A DNA stretch of 61,226 nucleotides from Acutalibacteraceae bacterium (GCA_045594105.1 JAZNXY010000091.1:1-61226); one strand, 5' to 3'; shown: positions 46,057 to 54,854, numbered from the stretch's first letter. Notes: generated from the sequence alone by a model not told the origin. Numbers and translations are program-made.

Positions 46057-46973
46057 GTGCTTTAACGAAAGTAATGGTTTCCCCGCATATTCACAGCGGT
46101 CGCTCTACCGCGGGCATTATGCGTGACGTGTTACTCGCATTGTTGCCCGCTACCGTGGCAGGAACATTGATTTTCGGTCTGCGTGCCTTGCTGGTGGTGG
46201 CTGTTTGTGTTGTAAGCTGCGTTGTTTTTGAGGCACTTTTCAACATTATTGCAAAAAAAGAGTACCAGACGGTCGGCGATTTGTCAGCGGCGGTAACAGG
46301 TTTACTGCTCGCATTGAATCTCCCTGCGAATGTGCCTGTTTGGCAGTGCGTGGTGGGCTCCTTGTTTGCTATCATTGTTGTAAAATGCCTGTTTGGCGGT
46401 ATCGGTCTTAACCTGGTAAACCCGGCGATAACCGCCCGTGTGTTTATGTTGGTGGCATTCGGTTCTTTGGCGACAGCGGCATTTCCTGTGGACACCGTCG
46501 CTGGTGCCACGCCGCTTGCGAGCGAAACGATGCCCGACCTGCTCACCTTGTTGCTTGGCAATTACGGCGGTGCTATTGGCGAGACCTGTACGGCAGCTTT
46601 GCTGCTCGGTGGATTATATCTGCTGGTGCGCCGTGTGATTACGTGGCAGGTGCCGGTCGTGTTTATGGCAACGGTATTTGTTTTCTCCTTCTTTATGGAG
46701 GGATTTGATGCGATTCGTGCGGTATCCCTGGTGATGTCGGGCGGCGTTTGTATCGGTGCAATCTTTATGGCGACCGACTATACCACCTCTCCGCCCACTG
46801 CATGGGGCAAGGTCATCTTTGGCCTTGGCTGCGGTTTACTTACCTGCCTGATCCGCTATTTCGGTGTGTATCCCGAAGGCGTATCCTTCGCCATTTTGTT
46901 TATGAATATTCTGACACCGTATATTGTCCGTTGGACCAGATATAAGGTGTTTGCGGGAGGTAGTCAAGCATGA
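46053..46973 (+). CDS. rnfD: electron transport complex subunit RnfD
   Basis: NqrB/RnfD-family polytopic protein. ATGA overlap with rnfC. Confidence 0.9.
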   Translation: MSALTKVMVSPHIHSGRSTAGIMRDVLLALLPATVAGTLIFGLRALLVVAVCVVSCVVFEALFNIIAKKEYQTVGDLSAAVTGLLLALNLPANVPVWQCVVGSLFAIIVVKCLFGGIGLNLVNPAITARVFMLVAFGSLATAAFPVDTVAGATPLASETMPDLLTLLLGNYGGAIGETCTAALLLGGLYLLVRRVITWQVPVVFMATVFVFSFFMEGFDAIRAVSLVMSGGVCIGAIFMATDYTTSPPTAWGKVIFGLGCGLLTCLIRYFGVYPEGVSFAILFMNILTPYIVRWTRYKVFAGGSQA

Positions 46974-48127
46974 AAACGAATCTGAAAAACCTCTCTGTTT
47001 TTGTTTCCATTTGTGTGGTAATCACCCTGCTTCTGGCGGTTACCAATGCAATCACCGCCCCCGTTATCGAAAAAAACCAGGCGGCTGCCGCCAACAAGGC
47101 ACTGCTCGAGGTGATGCCTGCAGGCAAAGACTTCGAAACCGTTGACCTTGCCGGTTACACCGTGCCTGCAACCGTGGCAGAGGCGTATAAAGAAACCACG
47201 GGACAGGGCTATGTTGTGAAATTGATCACCGCAGGGTATGGTACCGATATGGTGATCATGTGCGGTGTGGATGCCAAAGGTGTTGTAACAGGTGCTGTGT
47301 GCTTGTCCTCCAACGAAACTCTCGGTGCGGAAAAAACCTATGGTGTCAACTTTGCCCAGAAGGATGCTGCGGGTGTAGAGGCGGTGGATACCATCGGCGG
47401 TGCCACCAAAACCACTGCGGCATATAAAGCGGCTGTGAAGGATGCCTTGAACACCGCTATCATTTTGGGCGGCGGCTCGGTGGATATCCGTACCGAAGAA
47501 GAGATTTTGGCGGATAACCTCGCTGCTGCGTTGCCTGCGGGCGAAGGCAAGTTCCAAAAGCTGTTCCTCGTGGAAGTGGTAGAGGGCTTTGATGCCGTGT
47601 ATACCGCAGAAAACGGTGCCGGTTACGTGTTTGTTAAAGGTGAAGAGTTCATCGGTGTGGGTGCCGAGGGTACGGCGGATGCCGCTGTTGCGGATGCAGT
47701 AAAACGTATCAAAGCGACCACATATAAGGATATAGACCTTTCCAAATATCCCGATTTGCAGAAATACGTTGTTTCCGCCAAAAAGACCGCATCGGGCAAC
47801 TTTGTTGTAGAAACGAAAGGTGCAGGTTACGGCATCAAAGGCGGCGACGACTATCATCCTGCGTCGGGCGAGTATATTGTGGTACGTGTAGCGATGACCG
47901 CCAAGGGCACTATTCTTGACTGCGTCACCGTATCTGAAGCCGAAACCGACGGCTTGGGCGATGCGTGTGCCGATGAGAGCTTTTACGGTCAGTTTGTCGG
48001 CAAGGACGAAACCAACTACACCGAAATCGATGCCATTGGTGGTGCAACCTTGACTACGAATGGGTATAAACAAGCAATTGAACGTGCCTTTACAGCAGTA
48101 AAAACATTGAGTGGAGGTGGTCGATAA
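46970..48127 (+). CDS. rnfG: electron transport complex subunit RnfG with duplicated FMN-binding domain (385 aa)
   Basis: N-terminal TM anchor and two FMN_bind-like modules, each ending in a flavinylation-type motif (VDTIGGATKTT and IDAIGGATLTT). Confidence 0.88.
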   Translation: MKTNLKNLSVFVSICVVITLLLAVTNAITAPVIEKNQAAAANKALLEVMPAGKDFETVDLAGYTVPATVAEAYKETTGQGYVVKLITAGYGTDMVIMCGVDAKGVVTGAVCLSSNETLGAEKTYGVNFAQKDAAGVEAVDTIGGATKTTAAYKAAVKDALNTAIILGGGSVDIRTEEEILADNLAAALPAGEGKFQKLFLVEVVEGFDAVYTAENGAGYVFVKGEEFIGVGAEGTADAAVADAVKRIKATTYKDIDLSKYPDLQKYVVSAKKTASGNFVVETKGAGYGIKGGDDYHPASGEYIVVRVAMTAKGTILDCVTVSEAETDGLGDACADESFYGQFVGKDETNYTEIDAIGGATLTTNGYKQAIERAFTAVKTLSGGGR

Positions 48128-48816
48128 TGCAAAAGAAATCTGCTTTGTCCGTTTTAACAAACGGTATTCTGAAAGAGAACCCTGTTCTTGTGTTGGTGCT
48201 CGGCACCTGTCCTACTTTGGCGACCACCAAGACGGTTGATGGTGCATTCGGTATGGGTATTGCCGCTTTGGTCGTACTATTGTGTTCCAATGTGTTTATC
48301 TCGTTGTTGCGTAAGGTCATTCCCGATTCGATGCGTATTCCTTGCTATATCGTGATTATTGCAGGGTTTGTTACCATCGTAAAAATGCTTGTGCAGGGCT
48401 TTTTGCCGGATTTGTATGCAACCCTTGGCGTATATCTCGACTTGATAACCGTGAACTGTATCATTTTGGGACGTGCCGAAATGTTTGCCAACCGCAACAC
48501 CGTAGCACACGCTGCGTTAGACGGTATCGGTATGGGTCTTGGCTTTACCTTGTCGCTGTGTGCGATGGCGATTATCCGTGAAGTGTTTGGCGCTGCCTCC
48601 TTTGCAGGTATTGCGATTCCCTTTATGGAAGCATACAAAATCGAGTTTTTGACCAAAGCCCCCGGCGGCTTGCTGGTGTTTGGCTTGCTGATTGCGTTGA
48701 TTTATGTGCTTACCCACGGTAAAGCTCCCATAAAACATTCCTTCTCCTGTGCAGGTTGTCCGAATGCGGGGATCTGTCACAAGGCAGAGTGTACCGAGAA
48801 AGGAGCTGAAGGATAA
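48127..48816 (+). CDS. rnfE: electron transport complex subunit RnfE
   Basis: NqrD/RnfE family sequence. Overlapping stop/start with rnfG. Confidence 0.9.
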   Translation: MQKKSALSVLTNGILKENPVLVLVLGTCPTLATTKTVDGAFGMGIAALVVLLCSNVFISLLRKVIPDSMRIPCYIVIIAGFVTIVKMLVQGFLPDLYATLGVYLDLITVNCIILGRAEMFANRNTVAHAALDGIGMGLGFTLSLCAMAIIREVFGAASFAGIAIPFMEAYKIEFLTKAPGGLLVFGLLIALIYVLTHGKAPIKHSFSCAGCPNAGICHKAECTEKGAEG

Positions 48817-49415
48817 TGGATATGTTTAAAACACTTATCGTGATCCTGCTTTCCTCCGTATTGGTAGATAACTACGTGTTGAGCCGCTTTTTGGGTATTT
48901 GCCCGTTCTTGGGTGTTTCCAAAAAGCTGGATCAGGCAACAGGTATGGGTATTGCAGTGACGGTGGTTATGCTGATTGCCACGGCGGTTACCTGGCCGAT
49001 TCAGTATTTTGTGCTGAACGCTTTGGGCCTTGGCTATCTGCAGAATATTGCGTTTATTTTGATTATCGCAACCTTGGTGCAGATGCTGGAATCGTTTTTG
49101 AAGAAGATGTCGCCGTCCTTGTATAAAGGTCTTGGCGTATATTTGCCGCTTATCACCACCAACTGTGCGGTGCTTGGCGTTACCATCAACAATATCATTG
49201 ACGGATACTCCTTTGTGGAGTCTATGGTCAGCTCTCTTGGCTGCGGTCTGGGCTTTTTGCTGGCAATGGTGCTGTTCTCGGGCTTGCGTTCCCGAATCGA
49301 TGACAGCAGAGTGCCGACGCCGTTCCGTGGCTTGGCGGTAACGTTGATTGCTGCGTCCTTCATTTCGTTGGCTTTTATGGGCTTTAGCGGTATTGTGGAA
49401 AACATTTTTGCTTAA
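48816..49415 (+). CDS. rnfA: electron transport complex subunit RnfA
   Basis: NqrE/RnfA family sequence (LVDNYVLSRFLGICPFLGVS). Confidence 0.9.
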   Translation: MDMFKTLIVILLSSVLVDNYVLSRFLGICPFLGVSKKLDQATGMGIAVTVVMLIATAVTWPIQYFVLNALGLGYLQNIAFILIIATLVQMLESFLKKMSPSLYKGLGVYLPLITTNCAVLGVTINNIIDGYSFVESMVSSLGCGLGFLLAMVLFSGLRSRIDDSRVPTPFRGLAVTLIAASFISLAFMGFSGIVENIFA

Positions 49416-49430
49416 AAGGAGGTGCCGACT

Positions 49431-50249
49431 ATGGATATTTTGATTGCATTTTTGGTGATGCTGGCGGTAGCAGTGCTGGCAGGTATCTTGCTGTTGGTAT
49501 TCTCTCATTTCTTCTCGGTGGAAGAAAATCCGCTTAAGCAGACCATTCGCGAAGCCTTACCCGGCATTAACTGTGGTGCTTGCGGCTACAAGGGCTGTGA
49601 CGACTATGCGGCGGCCTTGGCAGAGGGTGCTGCGAAGCCGAATCTGTGTGTGCCCGGTGCCCAGGGTGTTACCGACTATCTGAGTGAGCTGCTCGGTGTA
49701 GAACCCGAACCGTTTGTGGATATGGTTGCGTTTATCGGCTGTAACGGTCATTGTGAGGCAACCTCTGCGGTTGCGAAATACGAAGGTGTCGAAACCTGCT
49801 ATGCCGCATCAATGGTGTATGGCGGTGCGAAAGCGTGTAGCTTTGGCTGTTTGGGCTTTGGCGACTGTGCGGCGGCTTGTCCTGCAAACGCCATTTGTAT
49901 GAGAGACGGCATCGCACACGTAGATACTTCTCGTTGCTTGGGCTGTACGTTATGTGTGCGTACCTGCCCGAAAGGTATTATTTCGATGATACCGCAGGAA
50001 ACCTCGGTAGTTGTTATGTGCAGTAACAAACAAAAAGGTGCTGACGCCCGAAAGGTGTGTACCAATGCTTGTATTGCATGTAAAAAATGCGAAAAGAACT
50101 GCCCGAATGATGCAATTAAGGTTGTAGATAATCTGGCTGTGATTGATTACAGTAAATGTACACGTTGTAATTTGTGCTGGGAGCAGTGCCCGACCAATTG
50201 CTTGAAAAAGGTGTTTTTTCCCGACTTGGCGGAAGATTTTGCGTTATGA
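49431..50249 (+). CDS. rnfB: electron transport complex subunit RnfB (polyferredoxin type)
   Basis: Start set to ATG 49431, because the track's GTG 49422 overlaps the AAGGAGG RBS. N-terminal TM segment, a CGACGYKGC cluster motif and several CxxCxxCxxxCP ferredoxin motifs. Confidence 0.9.
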   Translation: MDILIAFLVMLAVAVLAGILLLVFSHFFSVEENPLKQTIREALPGINCGACGYKGCDDYAAALAEGAAKPNLCVPGAQGVTDYLSELLGVEPEPFVDMVAFIGCNGHCEATSAVAKYEGVETCYAASMVYGGAKACSFGCLGFGDCAAACPANAICMRDGIAHVDTSRCLGCTLCVRTCPKGIISMIPQETSVVVMCSNKQKGADARKVCTNACIACKKCEKNCPNDAIKVVDNLAVIDYSKCTRCNLCWEQCPTNCLKKVFFPDLAEDFAL

Positions 50250-50647
50250 CGGAGCAAAAAAGCATAAAAAAACGTCACCTGCGCAATGATATATTGCTGA
50301 TTGCCGCATTGCTTTTGGTTGCGGCAATCGGCGGCATATATCTGCTTTTATTTCGTGGCAACGGCAACACGGTAACGGTGACCGTTGACGGGAAGCCGTA
50401 TGCGGAATATGCACTGAGTGAAAATATCACGGAAGATATTTATACGGGAGCAAACGGGGAACACTGTAACCGGTTGGTTATCTGTGACGGTAAGGCGTTG
50501 ATGGAAAATGCCACCTGCCCCGACGGTATTTGTGTGGCGCACCGTGCGATTTTCCGAAACGGTGAAAGCATTGTGTGTCTACCAAATCGTGTGGTGGTGA
50601 CGGTCACTACCGTTGCCGACACAGATGCACCCGACATTGTGGTATAG
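50246..50647 (+). CDS. NusG domain II-containing (DUF1312) membrane-anchored protein
   Basis: ORF trimmed to ATG 50246 (ATGA overlap with rnfB). One TM segment followed by a small beta-rich domain (TVTVDGKPYAEYALSEN...CLPNRVVVTV). Confidence 0.7.
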   Translation: MTEQKSIKKRHLRNDILLIAALLLVAAIGGIYLLLFRGNGNTVTVTVDGKPYAEYALSENITEDIYTGANGEHCNRLVICDGKALMENATCPDGICVAHRAIFRNGESIVCLPNRVVVTVTTVADTDAPDIVV

Positions 50648-50657
50648 GAGGGCGACA

Positions 50658-51167
50658 GTGAGAAACAAAACAAAAGCGGTTGCCTTCCTGGGCCTGTGTA
50701 CCGCACTCGCACTGGTTTTGGCATACGTGGAAGTGTTACTGCCGCCGCTGTTTCCTGCGGTGCCCGGCATAAAAATGGGTTTACCGAACATTATCATTGT
50801 ATTTCTGCTGTACCGTCGCAGTGCGGCATCCGCTATAACGGTTTCCCTGCTGCGTATGGTGTTGGTCACCCTGCTGTTTAGCAACGGTATGGCTTTGCTG
50901 TATAGCTTGGCAGGCGGTGCGTTAAGCTTGCTTATCATGATACTGCTTCGCCGTCTGCAATGTGTGTCTGTCGTGGGTGTCAGTGTGGCAGGCGGCGTTA
51001 TGCATAACGTCGGACAGGTTTTTATGGCAATGCTGTTGCTGGATACCACACAGCTGGGCTATTACCTGGTTGTTTTAACGGTTACCGGCACGGTTGCGGG
51101 TATATTGATTGGTCTTGGCGGTGCTGTTCTTATCCGAAAGATCCCTTCAAAAATGTTATTTTTTTAA
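50658..51167 (+). CDS. Gx transporter family protein (heptaprenyl-diphosphate-synthase-component-I-like membrane protein)
   Basis: GTG 50658 lies 6 nt after AGGAGGG. Five-TM protein with the IKMGLPNIII motif typical of this family. Confidence 0.7.
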   Translation: MRNKTKAVAFLGLCTALALVLAYVEVLLPPLFPAVPGIKMGLPNIIIVFLLYRRSAASAITVSLLRMVLVTLLFSNGMALLYSLAGGALSLLIMILLRRLQCVSVVGVSVAGGVMHNVGQVFMAMLLLDTTQLGYYLVVLTVTGTVAGILIGLGGAVLIRKIPSKMLFF

Positions 51168-51174
51168 CAAATAG

Positions 51175-51203
51175 TTGACAGATATAGGCACATATAGTAA
51201 AAT
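51175..51203 (+). promoter_or_regulatory. consensus sigma-A promoter upstream of the lipoprotein gene
   Basis: TTGACA (51175-51180), 17-nt spacer, TAAAAT (51198-51203). Confidence 0.6.
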
Positions 51204-51247
51204 ATGCTTGTTTGGATAACGAACAATATATTAAAGGGAGATTTGTT

Positions 51248-52219
51248 ATGAAAAAAGGTCTTATTCTCGGCTTGTGTCTCATTATGGTAATCTCTGTTCT
51301 GTTTGTTGGTTGTGGCGAAAAAACTTTGAAGTTCGGTGCCGGCGTGTATGTCACTGCACCGACTGCTACCGACGCTACTGCTGATAAAGAAGGCGCCGGC
51401 AAAATCGATGTTACCGTTGCGGCTGTAACTGTTGACGCGAACGGCAAAATCGTTGCTTGCGCTTTGGATACCATGCAGAACGAAGTAAAATACACTGCAG
51501 ACGGCAAAGCGGTTGCCGCACAGGAATTTAAAACCAAAGGCGAAAAAGGTACCGACTATAACATGGTTGCGTATGGCGGTGCTAAAAAAGAATGGTTTGA
51601 ACAGGCAGACGCGTTTGAAGCATTGGTGGCCGGCAAAACGCTTGATGAAGTGAAAGCGTTGGTTGCTGCTGAAAACAAAGGCAACGACGAAGTTGTTGCT
51701 GCGGGCTGCACCATTATGATCAACGAGTTTGTTGGTGCTATCGAAAAAGCGTACAATGCTGCTAAAGACTCTAATGTCACTGCAAACGACACCTTGAAAG
51801 TGACTGCGGCTACCGAAGTGACCACTGCGGATGCCACCGAAGATAAAGACGGCAGCAGCAAAGTTTCCACTACCGTTTTTGCCGCTGCTGTGAATGCGGA
51901 CAAAAAGGTTGTAGCCGCTTCCAGCGACTGCGTGGAACTGTCCTTCACCTTTGACACCAAAGGTGCTTCTACCTTGGATACCTCCAAAGCGGTTGTTTCC
52001 AAGAAAGAACAGGGTACTGCTTACAATATGGTAACCTATGGCGGTGCAAAGAAAGAATGGTTCGAACAGGCCGCTGCATTTGATGCTGCTTGCGTAGGCA
52101 AAACCGCTGCTGAAATCGCAGGTCTGGTTGGCGAAGATGGCAAGGGCGTTGCTGATGTACAGTCTGCGGGCTGCACCATTTATGTAACCGGCTTTGTAAA
52201 AGCCGCTTCTAAAATCTAA
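51248..52219 (+). CDS. lipoprotein with two tandem FMN_bind-like domains (variant AGCT motif)
   Basis: ORF trimmed to ATG 51248. Lipobox LFVGC. There are two internal repeats of about 150 aa, each containing ...G..YNMV.YGGAKKEWFEQA.AF.A...GKT..E...LV......D...AGCTI....F.... Confidence 0.65.
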   Translation: MKKGLILGLCLIMVISVLFVGCGEKTLKFGAGVYVTAPTATDATADKEGAGKIDVTVAAVTVDANGKIVACALDTMQNEVKYTADGKAVAAQEFKTKGEKGTDYNMVAYGGAKKEWFEQADAFEALVAGKTLDEVKALVAAENKGNDEVVAAGCTIMINEFVGAIEKAYNAAKDSNVTANDTLKVTAATEVTTADATEDKDGSSKVSTTVFAAAVNADKKVVAASSDCVELSFTFDTKGASTLDTSKAVVSKKEQGTAYNMVTYGGAKKEWFEQAAAFDAACVGKTAAEIAGLVGEDGKGVADVQSAGCTIYVTGFVKAASKI

Positions 52220-52234
52220 CGAAATACTGCATAC

Positions 52235-52264
52235 AAAAAAGGGAGAGCTTTTCTCCCTTTTTTG
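52235..52264 (+). terminator. intrinsic terminator (possibly leaky, since apbE follows)
   Basis: GGGAGA - GCTTT - TCTCCC, flanked by A6 and T7 runs. Confidence 0.7.
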
Positions 52265-52282
52265 TTACCCAAAAAGGTGACT

Positions 52283-53332
52283 ATGAAAAAACGATTGTGC
52301 TGCGGAGTGATTGTGCTCTGCCTGATGCTTTGCTGTGTATTGAGTGGCTGTACACAGCAACCCGAAAAAAGTAAATATAGCACCTATTCCATGGACTATT
52401 TCGATACGGTTATCACCGTCACGGGCTATGAAGACAGTCAAGAGAGGTTTGACGCAGTGTGTGAAGATATTCTGGCGGCCTTTAGCGAATATCACCGCCT
52501 GTATTCCATTTATCATCGGTTTGACGGTTTGGAGAATCTGTGTACCATCAACGAGGTGGCAGACGGACAACACCGCACGGTGAAGGTAGACCGTCGTATT
52601 ATCGATATGCTTTTGTATGCAAAGGAAATGTACGTGAAAACCGACGGCGTGCTGAATGTGGCAATGGGCAGTGTTTTGTCCTTATGGCATGACTATCGCA
52701 CGTTGGGTATGGATAACCCGACAGAAGCCGATTTACCGCCGTTGGACAAGCTACAGGCCGCTGCAGCACATACCGATATTACTAAGGTGGTCATCGATGA
52801 GACCAATAACACGGTTACACTCACAGATCCATTGATGAAACTGGATGTGGGTGCTGTTGCCAAAGGATATGCTGTCGAGTGCGTGGCGCGTGCTCTGGAA
52901 GAAAAGGGCATAAGCGGTTATGTTCTGAATGTCGGTGGCAATGTGCGTACGGTAGGCGGAAAACCCGATGGGGAGCCGTGGACCGTCGGTATCGAAAATC
53001 CCGATGGAGATGAGTATCTCGCATATCTGCAGCTGCGTGGGGAATCGGTGGTGACCAGCGGCTCGTATCAACGGTTTTATTACGTGGACGGCAAGCCGTA
53101 TCATCATATTATCCACCCCGATACGTTGATGCCTGCTGAAGGGTATGTGTCGGTATCGGTGGTGTGTAAAGATTCAGGGCAGGGAGATGCACTCTCCACC
53201 GCACTGTTCTGTATGCCGCAAAAGGACGGCACTGCACTTGTCGAATCTTTGCCCGGGGTAGAGGCCATGTGGGTGACCGCTGACGGCACAAAAACCTTCT
53301 CGTCGGGTTGGGAGCAGTATATAAAGGAGTGA
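52283..53332 (+). CDS. apbE: FAD:protein FMN transferase (ApbE family lipoprotein)
   Basis: ORF trimmed to ATG 52283. Lipobox VLSGC. ApbE core motifs are present (DVGAVAKGYA, NVGGNV, VVTSGSYQRF, HHIIHPDT, GDALSTALF). Confidence 0.9.
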   Translation: MKKRLCCGVIVLCLMLCCVLSGCTQQPEKSKYSTYSMDYFDTVITVTGYEDSQERFDAVCEDILAAFSEYHRLYSIYHRFDGLENLCTINEVADGQHRTVKVDRRIIDMLLYAKEMYVKTDGVLNVAMGSVLSLWHDYRTLGMDNPTEADLPPLDKLQAAAAHTDITKVVIDETNNTVTLTDPLMKLDVGAVAKGYAVECVARALEEKGISGYVLNVGGNVRTVGGKPDGEPWTVGIENPDGDEYLAYLQLRGESVVTSGSYQRFYYVDGKPYHHIIHPDTLMPAEGYVSVSVVCKDSGQGDALSTALFCMPQKDGTALVESLPGVEAMWVTADGTKTFSSGWEQYIKE

Positions 53333-53336
53333 AAAC

Positions 53337-53714
53337 ATGTTAGCAAACATAGTCGCACAGTATAAGGAAGTTTTATATCCTTTGGCGGAAATTGCGGCAT
53401 GCTCTTTGGAACTTGTCGGTATTTTGATTATCATTATTGGCTCTTTTCGTGCTTTGGTACGTCTTGTGCAATGCCTTGTGAAAAGGCAGCCCTTCCGTGT
53501 GGTTGTGGATTTGGGTAAAGCACTGTCCTTGGCATTGGAGTTTAAGATGGGTGCCGAGATTATCAAAACGGTCATCATTCACAATCTGGAAGAATTGGCC
53601 ATTTTGGGTGTGGTGATTATCATTCGTGCATTGTTGGCATTTATCATCCATTGGGAGATTCGCACCGAAGAAAAAGAAAATGCACTAAAAAAAGATACCT
53701 TGCCCGAAAAGTAA
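53337..53714 (+). CDS. DUF1622 domain-containing membrane protein
   Basis: Typical DUF1622 pattern (GSFRALVRLV....R..LGKALSLALEFKMGAEIIKTVI). Confidence 0.75.
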   Translation: MLANIVAQYKEVLYPLAEIAACSLELVGILIIIIGSFRALVRLVQCLVKRQPFRVVVDLGKALSLALEFKMGAEIIKTVIIHNLEELAILGVVIIIRALLAFIIHWEIRTEEKENALKKDTLPEK

Positions 53715-53716
53715 AC

Positions 53717-53754
53717 AAAAACGCTTTCCGCAGACGCAGAAAGCGTTTTTGTTC
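53717..53754 (+). terminator. intrinsic terminator
   Basis: AACGCTTTC - 10-nt loop - GAAAGCGTT, followed by TTTT. Confidence 0.8.
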
Positions 53755-53796
53755 TAACAGCATAATGTCTACGTCTTTGAAAAGCATATTTTATGG

Positions 53797-53825
53797 TTGA
53801 CAAACAATATGTTTGGTGGTATAGT
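53797..53825 (+). promoter_or_regulatory. consensus sigma-A promoter of the 69-aa gene
   Basis: TTGACA (53797-53802), 17-nt spacer, TATAGT (53820-53825). Confidence 0.6.
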
Positions 53826-53948
53826 CAAAAAAACAGATCGCTTATTTTGTAAATGACATGAACTTCCCGGGGGAAGTTCTGTCCATTTGCAGGATAGGCG
53901 TTTTTTTATGCCTTCCTGACACTTTTGTCGTTTTAAGGAGGGACCTGT

Positions 53949-54158
53949 ATGAGTTACTTTTCAGATCCCACCGCCAATGCGGCGGTGGGCAACATCAATC
54001 GTGAGTTTTCAAAACTCGAGAAAAAGGCCAAACGGCTGCGCCGCCTTTTGCGAGAAGGGAAGCTTTCTCCCACAGACCTGCAAAAAGCAGGCACACAGTT
54101 TACCGGCATCTATCGGCACGTGCTGTCAAACGTGCTGAACGAGGACTGTGAGGAATAA
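53949..54158 (+). CDS. hypothetical 69-aa protein (basic, helical)
   Basis: ORF with AAGGAGGG RBS, its own promoter and its own terminator. Product: MSYFSDPTANAAVGNINREFSKLEKKAKRLRRLLREGKLSPTDLQKAGTQFTGIYRHVLSNVLNEDCEE. I recognise no family. Confidence 0.55.
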   Translation: MSYFSDPTANAAVGNINREFSKLEKKAKRLRRLLREGKLSPTDLQKAGTQFTGIYRHVLSNVLNEDCEE

Positions 54159-54190
54159 TAAAGCACCCCACCGAAAAGGTGGGGTGCTTT
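54159..54190. terminator. bidirectional terminator between convergent genes
   Basis: 11-bp stem AGCACCCCACC / GGTGGGGTGCT with loop GAAAA. Confidence 0.85.
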
Positions 54191-54220
54191 ACCATTTCTT
54201 GCATATTAAGCGGTATTATA

Positions 54221-54778
54221 TTACCATTCCGCAATGACTCTGCAGGGGAGGCCTGTCATCCCGCTGTAGTTGACAGGATACGTGTTGGCGATGAAACGTC
54301 CGCCGGCAGATACCAGTGCTTTCAGCCCGCAGAGATTTTCTACCACGAAAACACCGTGGTCCGCACAGTGTTGATCCGCCGGCGTATGTTCCTTGCCGCA
54401 GCGGATGCCGGAGCAGTCAATGCCGATAATAGAGACCTGCTTTTCCAGCAATGCGTCAATCAGTGCGTAGGAGAACTGAGGATGATTGGTAAAATACGCC
54501 TTTGAACCGTAGGGTTCCTGCTCAATACGGGCGGTGTAAAACGCCACAAACTGCCCTTTTTCCACCTTTTGTATGTCTATGTCACCGATGTCAATGTCAC
54601 GGTCACGGATATCGGAAACATCAAATACAAGCCCTTCCCGACGGGTATATTCCAAAGGAAAATCCTTGTTCATTACATCGAAGTGTGTGCCCAAATGTCC
54701 CACTAAAGAGCGGTCATCCTTTTCCGGTGCTGTGCGGCGCATTTCGGGCGTCACCTGTAAAGTCAGATCCAACAGCAT
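54221..54778 (-). CDS. cyclase family protein (kynurenine/aryl-formamidase-like)
   Basis: ORF 54221-54808 trimmed to ATG 54778 (AAAAAGGAG RBS 9 nt upstream). Contains the HxGTHxD motif (GHLGTHFDV). Confidence 0.8.
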   Translation of the reverse strand: MLLDLTLQVTPEMRRTAPEKDDRSLVGHLGTHFDVMNKDFPLEYTRREGLVFDVSDIRDRDIDIGDIDIQKVEKGQFVAFYTARIEQEPYGSKAYFTNHPQFSYALIDALLEKQVSIIGIDCSGIRCGKEHTPADQHCADHGVFVVENLCGLKALVSAGGRFIANTYPVNYSGMTGLPCRVIAEW

Positions 54779-54818
54779 ATTTTTGATCTCCTTTTTGAAA
54801 GCTGACACGTTTTACACT

Positions 54819-54847
54819 ACTATAGCATATCTGCTCAATCTTTGCAA
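54819..54847 (-). promoter_or_regulatory. sigma-A promoter of the cyclase gene
   Basis: On the minus strand: TTGCAA, 17-nt spacer, TATAGT. Confidence 0.55.
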
Positions 54848-54854
54848 CAAACAC

